DNA from: Narcine bancroftii
Lineage: Eukaryota
NCBI RefSeq assembly: GCF_036971445.1
Contig: NC_091476.1
Location: forward strand, 102,672,001-102,736,000
Direction: 5' to 3'
DNA length: 64,000 nt
This document shows, one piece after another, positions 1 through 11,239 of the stretch (positions are counted from its first letter, which is position 1; each line of letters opens with the position of its first letter). The notes beneath the pieces were generated by a model that was not told the origin of the DNA, made no database searches, and saw only the letters and a program-made list of their open reading frames with translations. The position numbers and the translations under genes were made by a program.

Positions 1-1860
1 CCAGATCATTGATAAAAATCACAAAGAGCAGGAGTCCCAGAACTGATCCATGTGATACTCCACTAGTCACTGACCTCCAAGAAAAATACTTTCCTTCCAC
101 TATTACTCTCTGCTTTCTATCTGCAAGCCAATTTATTTTAACCACACAACTAAGGTTCTATCAGTGTCAGTGCCGGGGTGGTGGGGGGGGGGGGGGGGGG
201 AGAGCAACCGTGGGCATTGCCCCCTCAAGTGAGGAGCTGTGTCCCCATATAGTCATGGCCATAGCTTGCCATCAGATCTTCCCCAACCCTCCCATATCAC
301 TGACATGCATCAAGCGTCAGTAGCATCTAGTGACGCTTGGCGCAATAAAAACAGTGCCTCTGCCTCCTGCATGGGGGGATGGTGTGCACATCCATCAGCA
401 GGTAGGTCCCAGCATCCAACAGAACTCCCCCCTCCCCTGAGTGAGTTTGAGCATTCTATTGTGCCCCCATCTAACATGCTAATGCCCCCCGCTACCATTC
501 ATCCTAGCGCCGACCCTGGGTTCCATGGATCACGACTTTCTGAACAAATCTCTCATGGGGGACCTTGTCAAATACCCTATGGATCATGACTTTCTGAACA
601 AATCTCTCATGGGGGACCTTGTCAAATACCCTATGGATCATGACTTTCTGAACAAATCTCTCATGGGGGACCTTGTCAAATATCCTATTAAAATCCATGT
701 AAACCTCATCTACCACCTTACCCTCATCAATTTATTTTGTTAACTTCTCGAAAAACTCAATTAGGCTCATGAGACTCGATCTTCCCCTCACAAAGCCGTG
801 TTAACTATCCTTGAGTATCCTGTACTTCTACAAATGCTCATAGATCCTATCCTTAAGAATCCACTTCAATTGTTTGCACACCACTGTTGTAAGACACACT
901 GGTCTATAATTCCCAGGATTATTCCTCTTAACTTTTTTAACAAGGGGACTATGTTTGCCATTCTCCAATCCTCTGGCACCTCCCCTGCATGTATAGAGGA
1001 CTCAAAATTCATAGCTACTGCCCCAGCATTCCCTTCCCTCACTTCCTACAGTAACCTGGAGTATACTGCATCTGGCCCCAGACACTTATCAATCTTAATG
1101 TTTTTAAGAAGACACAACACTTCCTCTTCCTTAATCTCAACACTGTCCAGCACACAAGTGAAAATCAAAGCAAAATATTCATTTAAGACCTCCCCAACCT
1201 CCTCCACCTCCAGGCACATGTGCCCTCCTTTATCCTTTAGTGGCCCCACCTTCATTCTTGTCATCCTTCTGTTCTTCACATACGCATAGAATGCCTTAAT
1301 CCTACAGGCCAAAATCTTCCCATGCCCCCTTTGACCTCTCCTAAGTCCTTTCTTAAGCTCTTTCCTGGTTACCATATATTCCTCATGAGCCCTTCCTGTT
1401 TCCTTTATGTAACATATGCTTCTTTCTTCCTCTTGACTAGTTGCCACACCTGTTCCATCAGCCACGGTTCCCTTTTCCTACCATCTTTTCATTGTCCCAG
1501 TGGGACAAACCTATCTTGAATCCAGCACAAGTGGTCCCTAAACATTCTCCACATGAGTTATGTGCTTTCTCCGTTGAAAATCTGTTTCCAATTTATTCTC
1601 GCTAGTTCCTGCCTCAACCCACAGTAATTAACTATTCCTCAATTAAGCGCTTTTCCATTTTGTCTGCTCTTATCCTTGTCCATAGTTCTGCTAAAGCTCA
1701 AGGAGTTGTGGTCACTCTCACCAAAATGCTCTCCCACCGGGAGGTCTGCCACCTGACCAGGTTCATTACCCAGAATTGGACCCAGTATGGTCCACATACC
1801 ATGTCAGGAATCTTTCTTGGACACACCTGACAAATTCAGCCCCATCTGCTGTAAGGAGGT
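1..1860 (-). mobile_element. Degenerate CR1-type LINE (ORF2 fragments), interrupted at about 160-500
   Basis: Minus-strand ORFs 504..716 (VYMDFNRIFDKVPHERFVQK) and 1046..1465 (KAFYAYVKNRR...GEVLNEYFAL...GPDAVYSRLL) are typical of CR1 RT and the region before it. They are frameshifted. Confidence 0.85.
525..686. repeat. 54-bp tandem triplication inside CR1
   Basis: ggatcatgactttctgaacaaatctctcatgggggaccttgtcaaataccctat occurs three times, giving an 18-aa repeat in ORFs 504..716 and 525..743. Confidence 0.95.
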
Positions 1861-1886
1861 GCCAGTTAAATGTAAGAAAAGCAATA

Positions 1887-2086
1887 CAGTAAAACCCCTG
1901 TTTTCTGGAATTCAAGCAAACAGCAAAATCGAAGAAGATAAATAGGTAAAAAATACATACATTTAAAATTGGAGCACCTCCGTGTTACTTCACCAATCAT
2001 GCAATACACAATCTCAAGCAATCAGAAGATACACTTATCTGTCGCCTACCAATCCCCATAAGTGCCAGATACTGGAGGTTTTACTG
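1887..2086. mobile_element. Tc1/mariner-pogo (Tigger-like) MITE
   Basis: Ends are TA|CAGTAAAACC...GGTTTTACTG|TA: 10-bp inverted termini with a TA target duplication. Confidence 0.75.
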
Positions 2087-2145
2087 TACTGACATAACGA
2101 ACACCACTTATCTCTTCAAATATTACATGCATAAGATTAACTTAC

Positions 2146-2337
2146 GTTTAACAAATACAAAAGTGGAGAACCTCTTTTGGCCATCACTGCAGGTATATTC
2201 TCCAGAGTCGGTGTCTGAGAGCGCTGTCAGTTTCACATTCCCATTGTCCATTTTCCCTGAATAGCTCACTCCATCCTTCTCCCATTCTCCAATATTTGGA
2301 CACTCCAAAGTGATTCCACCGGACATTTCCTTGACCA
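2146..2337 (-). CDS. CD3: CD3 chain (epsilon or gamma/delta) Ig-domain exon
   Basis: Bounded by ccccag| and |gtaag, 192 nt, phase 1-1. Encodes VVKEMSGGITLECPNIGEWEKDG...LSDTDSGEYTC...FVFVK, a short Ig domain with C..W..DSGxYxC. The downstream CxxC, TM and ITAM exons lie outside the window. Confidence 0.8.
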
Positions 2338-3297
2338 CTGGGGATGAAGCACATGGAAGTGACCAGCATACTGACAGTCCTATTGACTGGAAGTTGAACT
2401 CCCTGCCAGAATTCGAAGTCTGATTCTCAACTAAAATTTTCCCTCAGCTTTTCTTTTGTCTCTCCACATGGGTGAACAAGCATAGTGTAGAATTCAGGCA
2501 TAGAAGAGAAGCCAAGAAGTAAAAGGAAAAGAAAGCATCTTCTAGCTGCTTTTTAACACTAGATAAATTTGCAAGTTGAGATCTCAGAATAATCTTGTGT
2601 AACTGAATTCTTAATCTGATGATTTGTGGCTGGCACTAGATATAATAACAATGAAGGTAACAAAACTGTCAGAAAAAGAAAACTCGATCACTAAGATCCT
2701 TTGAGAACTAGGATTCCGTGTCTTTGAATAGAACTGAGGGCAGTTTTACATTTCTCGAATTTTTAAAACTGAATTCAAACTGGCCTTCGGGCACACTGCT
2801 CTAGAATTTTCATAATATTTTATAATATTCTATTATTCTAGACTGCTAATAAATAGTCTCTTTTGGTATTCAAGAATAAACAGGGAAGCCACCGTTCTGC
2901 ATCTGAAAACTTCCGGTCAGGAAATTGGATTAAATTTCTGAGTCACTTCCTTTCTCAGGTCACCAAATAGAAGTTCGGTGAATTGTGTATTTAATGCTAG
3001 GTATTATTCTTACACCTATATTTCTGATTGGCAAGCTCTGTAGCAAACTCAGAGGGAAGTGGCAAACAAAGATATAATGAAGAACTGGACAGGAGTCATT
3101 CTGACAGCTTGACATAACAGCAAAGGAAGGGCAAGAAATGAGCCACCTGCTCCCTTATCCAAGAGGTCGTGATAGGTGCAAGAAAATCAAAATGTAAAAA
3201 AAATTAAAGACTGTGGGAAACTGAGCACAAATCCTAACCTTTCATATATCCAAGTTATTTTTAATCCCAACAATAATAATAAAAAAACACATCTTAC

Positions 3298-3318
3298 CGA
3301 TCCTTTCTTGAGAAGACC
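3298..3318 (-). CDS. CD3: CD3 21-nt micro-exon (GSSQERI)
   Basis: tttctttttattcag|GGTCTTCTCAAGAAAGGATCG|gtaag, phase 1-1, in frame with the Ig exon. Confidence 0.75.
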
Positions 3319-4846
3319 CTGAATAAAAAGAAATTTAAGAAGTCAGTTATACAGGACAGCACCTATCTCATAAACATTGACAGCAATGGTATTGGGTGCA
3401 TTTACTTACACACACACACACACCTCTGCTGGTGTAACTTCCTTGGATGTGAGCAAAGTCCTTTTAGGCAATGCAACCCGACTAGTTTCTCTTTTCTCTT
3501 TCCTTTCTTACTTTTATGCTGCAAGAATATAGACCTCAAGCCGATCTTGGAATTCCGACAGATGTTACCCTCCTACAAACAACTGATTCTGTGGTAAGTG
3601 TGCTACAAGTTGGGCCACAAAAGTCTACAAATAAGACCTGAAGTTTGGGCTTGTGCTGGCAACTTTCTAAGCATTCTGTGTGTTGTATGTGAAAAAATAA
3701 ATATGAAATTTTAAGAGATAAGCAAAGCCCTATAGCCATACAAAATCATTCTTAAGATCTGGTATTTTTATTCATTGAGTAGTCTCTGAAGGGGGAAAAT
3801 GTTACATGTAGCCTAGATTGTTTTATTGCAAATGGTGCCATCATTTCCCTTTGGACAAAAGGTTTGTGCTAGTGAAAGTTTATTTGGGAACAGATATACA
3901 AGAAGTTCTCATGGAACTTTACCTGAAAAAACCATCACCAAACATCCAGGAAAGAAAAACAATAATTATTTCATTAACTACATGTTAGATTCTTCCAGCT
4001 TTAAAGCAAGCAGATCATAATGGCTTAATGTAACATAATGTACGTGTCCACATCAGGTGGCACAGAAGATCATTTGTAGTTCAAATGGAACATGCAAAAA
4101 CATTAAGGTTCCTTTATCATATCCAAGTTGTCCTTCAAATTACATCAAATGTAAACGATGCTCACATATTTAAACCTGATTTACATCTTCAAAGACTGAG
4201 TAAAATTGGGAGACCTTCATAAGATGAATAAAGTATGGGAGTCAGTATGCCAATGTTGTGCATTCTTAATTCATATCTTCCATTTCACCCTCAAGGGAGT
4301 CAATGCAGCGGTATTTAGGAGTCAGGCCTGCTGGAAAGAACAGCTTCATCTTAGCACCTACACATCATTCTGACCCATAACCAGGGCTCTCTACTTAGGA
4401 TTACACCAAGCCTATCTACACAAGAAATCAGCATGGTATTGTAGAAAACCGCGACAAAACTTGAATATTTCAGGCAGGGAGTGAATAGTTTGTTGTGTTC
4501 CATCAAGCGAGGTATTTCCCATCTCCTAACCTAGACTTTTATAACTAAGAACTGCAAGCCTTAAAATGAATATTTTTTTTGTTGTGCATAGCTGAAGCAA
4601 CATTTAGAAGCAAGTTCGACGTTCACAGGTTACTGTCAGGTCTTTTATAGAGGGAGTTCATTTCTAAGGGGTTGCCTCTGATCTCTGAGGTGATTGATGG
4701 GCAGAGGGAGGGTACATGCATTGTGGCCACATTGGAACCCACTTAGAATTGCCCGCATCTTTCAAAGCAAGTGAAACCCAGGAAGACCGGCCACAGAATC
4801 TTGAGCTCAAAGAGAGGAACAACTTTTGCTCGAAGGCCTTGTCTGA

Positions 4847-4852
4847 TTTATT
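4847..4852 (-). terminator. Candidate polyA signal for the piggyBac-derived gene
   Basis: AATAAA on the minus strand about 60 nt downstream of the stop codon. Confidence 0.4.
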
Positions 4853-4914
4853 TTCCCAGTCCTGGAGTATTGCAGCAGTCGTGGAGCAACAGTACAGGCT
4901 GGCCGGCGTGATGT

Positions 4915-6567
4915 TTAAGGAAGTGATCGATGGTAATCTTTGAAGCAACTGATTCTGCACAGAGGCACTTGGCAAAATTCGCACTTGAAGGACGTCTCCA
5001 CTGATCTGCCAGAGACGGTTTTGCGCTTCCACCGCGAGCACTCTCGGCACACTTTCTTGCGCCCCTCTATCTTCACCATGTTGTGCGCACTCGGGTTGCA
5101 GAAGGCCGCTTGGTATCTGGGGTCCACGGACAGGGGCAACCTGTCTCTCCCGCTCCCTCGTGCTGAGTAATCCCCACGGAGCAGCTTGGCCAAAGCTGTG
5201 CGGTAGCTGAGGTGGTCATAACGGATGGGCAGGGGTGGGTCATGAGATGAAATCTTGAAAATAAGCCAGCCATTGACAATGGTAATATTCAATGAGAACC
5301 ACAAGAGACATCTCCACCACTTTTTGGAAGGACGGCCTACAGGGTAGTAGCTTCTCAGTTGATCGGAAATATCAACACCCCCCATGTACTTGTTGTATTC
5401 CATCACAGCCTGAGGTTTGACTACCCCCGAGTTTGCAACCATCCTGGCATTTTGGTTGGTTGACAGGGTTGCGACTTGTCTCTTATCTTTCCAAATGGTT
5501 AACAGTAAGGAGGCTTTCTGGAAGAACCTAACTTCACCCTGTTTCTTCAGCTTCGTTTTCCTGGCTTCAGTGGAGATGCCTCGACGGTGGAGGTGCGTGG
5601 TGCCACACGCCCGTGTCCCGTGCTCCTCCAGGTGCTCCAGCAGAACGGGGCTTGTGAAGAAGCGGTCAGAGTAGACGTGGTGCTGGCGGTGGAAGTAGGG
5701 CTGGCAGAGCTCCATCACCACGTCGTGCCCCGTACCGTGTGGCGACTCCGTCCTCCGCCGTCCCGTGTATATGTTGAAGTTCAGGCAGTAGCCGGTTGCA
5801 GCTTCACACAGCATCCACACTTTCAGCCCCCACTTGGTCGGCTTGGCAGGGGCGTACTGCTTGAAATACAGCCGTCCTTTGTAAGCAACCATGGCCTCGT
5901 CGACACTCAGGTCGCGGCGCGGAAGGTAACGTTGGCCAAAGAGGGAACGCACGACCTCCATGAGGGCTCGGACTTTGTACACTGGGTCATGATTGGGGTC
6001 GGACTTGGGCAGAGCCCACCTGTTGTCTCGCAGGTGAAGGTATTGGCTTATTTTCCAAAACCTGTCCCTGGACATGGCCGAAGTGATCCACGGGCAGCGG
6101 AGGGCGGTGTCCTGGCTCCAGTACAGAGAGATGCGAGGCAGTTGTTTGATGCCCATCATTATGTTGATAGCGAAGAAAGCCTTGATTTCCTGGGATTCCG
6201 TGGGAATCCAAGACGGGTCCCTTTTGCCTGCTTTCTCTTGGCACTGTACAGCGTAGCGATTGGTTTCCTCAGCTATGGTGTCGAATAGAGTGCTTGGCCA
6301 AAGTAAACTGAAGTAATCCAGTGGACTGGCAGTGCTCGGGAGCTGGTGCTGAGGACCCGTGGGCTCGGCGAAGGCCGGTACATGAATCTCTTCAAGAGTG
6401 GAAGTCCAATCCACATCCTGACGCCCCTCTTCCTCGCCATGAACGGGCAAGCCTCTCTCCTCAAAAACATTCACACCGCTCTCAGGTTCCATTACAATGT
6501 GAAGGTCCAGAGTCAATTGGAATCTTCTTCCCCAAACCGGTTCCTTCATTGACAGAACACATAACAT
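4915..6567 (-). CDS. piggyBac transposase-derived protein (PGBD4-like), intact single-exon ORF; alternative start at 6492
   Basis: 550-aa ORF containing SVDEAM, YSDRFFTS and MGGVDISDQ (DDD triad), KPTKWGLK, and a C-terminal Cys-rich domain (VCREC...FKCEFCQVPLCRISCFKDYH). No stops or frameshifts. Confidence 0.93.
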   Translation of the reverse strand: MLCVLSMKEPVWGRRFQLTLDLHIVMEPESGVNVFEERGLPVHGEEEGRQDVDWTSTLEEIHVPAFAEPTGPQHQLPSTASPLDYFSLLWPSTLFDTIAEETNRYAVQCQEKAGKRDPSWIPTESQEIKAFFAINIMMGIKQLPRISLYWSQDTALRCPWITSAMSRDRFWKISQYLHLRDNRWALPKSDPNHDPVYKVRALMEVVRSLFGQRYLPRRDLSVDEAMVAYKGRLYFKQYAPAKPTKWGLKVWMLCEAATGYCLNFNIYTGRRRTESPHGTGHDVVMELCQPYFHRQHHVYSDRFFTSPVLLEHLEEHGTRACGTTHLHRRGISTEARKTKLKKQGEVRFFQKASLLLTIWKDKRQVATLSTNQNARMVANSGVVKPQAVMEYNKYMGGVDISDQLRSYYPVGRPSKKWWRCLLWFSLNITIVNGWLIFKISSHDPPLPIRYDHLSYRTALAKLLRGDYSARGSGRDRLPLSVDPRYQAAFCNPSAHNMVKIEGRKKVCRECSRWKRKTVSGRSVETSFKCEFCQVPLCRISCFKDYHRSLP

Positions 6568-7939
6568 TTTCTAAAATATTGTGCTGTGGGGAAAAAAAAG
6601 ATGTAATAATGAAATGTTAATTAGATCTTTCTAATGCCCCCATGCTAGTAATCAGTTTACGAATTGAGGGTGAAGGATCCTGCAAATTGTTCTTGTTTCT
6701 CTCAGACAGTTGTAGGATGTGTTCAGCTAGACAATGGAATAAAAGCACATAGTCATAGTGGAAAGGGGGAGTGATGGGCACAGTGGTCATCTGGAACTGG
6801 CTCATTCCCTCCCTGGTTTCTTCCTATACCTCAGAATATAAACGTTGACGTTCTATTTTGGAGAGGTCAAAATCAAGTAAGTTTCCCTGTTGGTATCCAA
6901 AGATCCACGGACCTGCCATGTTAATGCTCCTTGACCTGCTGAGTATTTCCAGCACCCTTATTGGCTTCTCTGGCCACCTTCAGGAGTGCTGATGCTTCTG
7001 TGCTGCACACGTGCAGAACTTTCTCTGCTCTTTCTTCTCCCAACATTTCTTCCCAGAGACCAGGAAAGTGTTTCCGTTGAATCGGGATGTTATGCCGTGG
7101 ATTTCATGGGGTCCAAAGTCAACGATGACGACTCCCACATTCATTTCTACCCGACTTCATTGTGGTGGCTCTGTCCTGGCAGCGAGACGGGGCATAGCCA
7201 GGAAACAGGGAAGAAGACTCTGAGGCGTTACCCTGATCCTACCAATACAGTGATTTTTTTTTGGATGATTGGTACAGCATTACTAATTACAGCATAATTG
7301 GTTAGATGTTGTTGAGTGCGTTGCAACGTGGGGATGCTTTTGGTGTGCTCATCTGCTAAGACCAATGTCACTTGCCTCCAATTGTTTATGCCAAAGCATG
7401 ATAAAACTGAGATAACCGTGAATATTGTGGATCGACGGTTACCAATTCCTGCCCTCTCCCGAGTCTGCAGGACACCAACTCTCTCCCCTTCATGGTACCA
7501 ATGAGCCAGATGATTGTTAATAGAAATCTGGGGGCTCACAGTGACCATGATATTAAAAAAAAAGTTTTATATTTCTAAACCGCTGAATTGGATTTATCTC
7601 GTATTTTGATTATTAACCACAAAACCTTGCCTCTATTACATGGCTGAATTACAGAATTATTACAGCACAAAAAGAGGCCCCGTGGATCTGTACGACAGCA
7701 ATAAACTTACCCCAATCCCTCATCCCACCTCTGTTCTCTCGCCAATTCCTTCCAGGAAGACACTTAACTAGGTCCCGCTTCTAAGCTACCACTGAACCAG
7801 CCTCCATTTCTGCCTGAGAGTCCATGTCACAAACCATCCAGTCACTAAAAGAAAATCCCGTCTCAGTTGATCCATTTAAACCATCTTCATTTTCTGTCCC
7901 CGAGTTCTTGATTTTATAGAGTGAGTGGTATCTTTAGCA

Positions 7940-8200
7940 AAGTATGTGATTGGGCGACGCCATGTGCTGAGCAGAGAGACTTCCCTCGGAACAGCCAAGC
8001 ACTGGGAATCGGATGGGGGCGGGCGGAGGTCGGATCTGACAGGGAGATTATACTACGCAGGCGCACCGGGCGGTGCCCCGGAGGATCCGAGAAATCGTGC
8101 CCGAAGCCGGGTCCGGAGCACGCGGGGCGGGGCGGCGCGAGGCGTGTGCGCAGGTAATGGGTTATTCCGTGCCAAACCCAGAACTGGCCAACCCGTCGTA
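7940..8200. promoter_or_regulatory. CpG-rich housekeeping-type promoter inside the CD3 intron (probable promoter of the piggyBac-derived gene)
   Basis: ATTGG at 7949-7953, YY1-like CGCCATGT at 7958-7965, GC boxes at 8015-8023 and 8124-8133, NRF1-like CGCAGGCGCA at 8056-8065. A minus-strand donor ggg|gtaagt lies at 7711/7710. Confidence 0.55.
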
Positions 8201-9082
8201 TTGGGTATACGGGTGAAGTCTTTCATTAAAAGAAACACGATTGCAAACAAGGGCTGCAGCCACGGTGGGTGTCAGTTAACATGTGAGATTTACTGTTCTC
8301 AAACCTGCATGGACAGCTGTGGGTTGAGCTACTTTTCAAAGAAGGATATCATTCAGGACATTTATTTTGCACCGTAGTCATGAAAATTAACATTAAAAGA
8401 CAGATCCGAGGAGATGCAATCAAAGCAAATTATATAAAATGCATTTTTTTTAATTTAAAAAATCGATTGACCAAACATTTTAATTCGGTGAAACGGTTTT
8501 TAAATTTGCTGGGATAGTGCTTTTTAACCACAACAGGTTTTCTAAAAAAGTGTAAACTATTTCAAGAATCGGACGATTGTCATCAACCCGGTACGTGCGC
8601 AAGGTTTAAAATGCAATTAATTTCTACCCTTGAGTGGTTTTGCACATGTCTGAATTGTTGTTTCATTTCATTTTATAAAAGTTCATAACTTTCTGCAGCT
8701 TCGTTCAGGGTGAGAGTTTCACTACGCGAAAGCCGTGCTCGGGACGGTCGGAGCAAACCGCGGAAAGTGGGAGAAACGCCGCGGGTCAGGCAGCATCCAG
8801 GGAGAAACACGGTTCCTCCACGGGGACCAGTGGCGACCCGCCGAGTCCCTCCCGCTTCTCATGGTTTGCTCCAGACACCTGCCGCTGCCTTCCTCCGAAC
8901 GTTTTCTGGCTGGAAGTTGCTTCACACCCGGCAGCAAGAAATATATCACAACCTCCCCTGAAACGGAACCAAATGTGAAGCTTCAATTCTCAATCCTTCT
9001 CCTTCTTCTAAATGGAAAGTAAATTCGGATTGATGGCGAAAATGTGGCTTTTAGTTCGTGTTCAGTTTGACATCTCACCTAC

Positions 9083-9106
9083 CCGAGGCTAACTTCAAAT
9101 ATATTC
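9083..9106 (-). CDS. CD3: CD3 24-nt micro-exon (GIYLKLASG), end of signal peptide
   Basis: aatgtag|GAATATATTTGAAGTTAGCCTCGG|gtaggt, phase 1-1. Completes the leader with an A-S-G cleavage-type end. Confidence 0.6.
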
Positions 9107-9354
9107 CTACATTTAAACGACTAAAGCACAGAGTGAACCTCCCTCATTGGTCACAATTTTAATTTTACAATTTCAGGGCAATGATAAAATGTGCAGTAAA
9201 TGTGTGTCGACATGCCTTCAATAGTCAGTGAACCATATTTTGTATTTAAGACGGCCCTGTGGTTGTTAAATTGAAGTGAAGCCGATGCAGTTTGACGGTT
9301 TTGACATTAATTGGACAAACCCTCCCCCGGTAGATTATAAAACGTTGATCTTAC

Positions 9355-9400
9355 CGAAGAACAAGCCCATTACCAACACCAGGCTCTTGTCAAGTTGCAT
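9355..9400 (-). CDS. CD3: CD3 leader exon (MQLDKSLVLVMGLFFG)
   Basis: ATG at 9400 in an aagATG context, hydrophobic stretch, phase-1 donor G|gtaag, 46 coding nt. Confidence 0.7.
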
Positions 9401-9999
9401 CTTTCCGATCCTTTATGAGGGGGGGGAAATCAATAATGGGTTATCTTACTGCAAGGACTGTAATAATCTTTCCGACGAGGTGGTGGAGTGTGAGGACACG
9501 GACGGTCGCTCGACATGGGGCTGAGGACGCGCACCTCACTGCAAGCCCCCACCCCCCTTGACATGCACAAGAGGAAATGGGGAGGCTTCAACGACTCCAG
9601 GCTCCACAGCAGACGTGATCGCGGCAGTGGGACCTGCTGAAGGAATTCTTACAATTTTGATTATTTTACATTGAAGACACCTGAAATTGAAAAGAATCAA
9701 ACCTAAAATAACGTCAACATTGACGCCGAGCTGCGGATACACCGATATACCGAGGCTCCCAAGCGCCAGCCGTCTGTTTTAAGGAGACATTTGCTCTTTC
9801 ATCCTTCTGTTCGGTGCGAGATCACGGTGTGGCGGCCAGTGTTAAACCAGTGTTAACTGCTTGGCCACTTGCAGCCTCTTCTCATTGTCCAGTGCTGAGG
9901 GGACCTGACTCGTCAGGTCGCTCGATGCCCCACTTGGGTGCCACGGGTTTAAAGGAAGGAACCCCTATATAAATAAATAGAGCCCTGTGGGCAAAGGTT

Positions 10000-10362
10000 G
10001 CAGGCCAGATCCACGAGGATGTTGCTGGGAGAAGAGGTGTTAGGAGGACGACCGTGGAGACTGGGATTCTTTTCCCTGGAGTGTACGATGTTGAGGGATT
10101 ATCTTGTACAAGTTTATGAAATCACGAGGGGCATAGATGAGGTGGATGGTCTATTTCCCAGGTTAGTGAAAACAATTACGTGTGTGATTTAAAGGGGATC
10201 TCTGAGGGCAACGTTTTCACACAGCAGGTCATGGTGGAGGTGCAAACAATTGCAAGGTCCATTGATAGGAAAGCGTGAGAGGGAATCTTGCTAAATGCAG
10301 GAAAATGAAACTAGTTTGGGGAGGTAATCAACAAAATGGGCTGAAAGGCCTGTTTCTGTGCT
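10000..10362 (+). mobile_element. CR1 3' end remnant
   Basis: ORF 9998..10192 (LGFFSLEC..LRDYLVQVYEITRGIDEVD) and the tail motif gggctgaaaggcctgtttctgtgct. Confidence 0.7.
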
Positions 10363-11239
10363 CAACCACTCATCCGAATCAGTGTTTTTGCTTCATTAAG
10401 ACCTCCTCGCACTCTTCTCCAATCAACCCCATTAATATACTTTTTAATTCTCTTCTCAATCATGGCTGCCCAACCTAACCTTTAAATGCTTGTTATGCTA
10501 CTCAAGTTAACTACTCCCAATGAAAGTCTATGGTGCTGAGATATTTCTCTTGAATTTCCTGTTGGATTTACCAGGAAATCTTGTATTCAATGGCCCTATT
10601 TCACCGACATAGAAATATCCTAACCATCTACTCTGTCATGCCTTTGCACAGTTTATATCAGGCAATTTCATAGCCTGTTCAATCTGCCCTCATTTACACT
10701 AGCTAGCTGCTACCCTTATGAATGGATGATGCTGTAAAAAAAATCAGTTCTTGAAAAGCCTTGTTGGAGACTAACAGCCCTTGTGTTCTCTCTCATGCAC
10801 TCTTATTCTTGAAGATAAGTCAAAAGATGAACATCATAACTTTATCACCATCTAGAATAAGCTCCTCAGGCATCCTGTGAAGTAAGTAATGCTCATTAAC
10901 CTTTCTCTCACTCACTGGAATGTGAAACCACCACACAATGGCTATTGTCACATTTGCCTAACCTTAGGAAGCTGTAGATAAGGCCAAGGGAAAAATTTAT
11001 CCTGACTCTGAAGAAAGCCACAATCTAATGGAAGGCAAATTGATTCTCCTAGGAGATTTAATGTCAGGATCAGAAAGGATGCAAAACCCTGGGTGGGAGT
11101 ATGGAAAGTTAATCTGATTGGAGACTGAGTGCTTGGAGTGCAGTTTTGTTAAAGCAAACATTCTGTTTCATCAGAGAAACATGGAGAAGACCTCAAGGCT
11201 CATGGCAGAATCAATGAGGTCTTCTGCTATTTACAAAGT

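Noticed and set aside
5587-6288. 233-aa + strand ORF and other short ORFs over the transposase
   Set aside because: Antisense shadows of a GC-rich coding sequence with no recognisable motifs.
6830-7160. Protein-like minus-strand stretch upstream of the transposase (HFPGLWEEMLGEERAEK...)
   Set aside because: Interrupted by stops and cannot be joined in frame to the transposase; probably UTR or intron.
3300-9100. piggyBac terminal inverted repeats / TTAA target duplication
   Set aside because: No convincing TTAACCC...GGGTTAA pair found by eye. A computational search is still needed.
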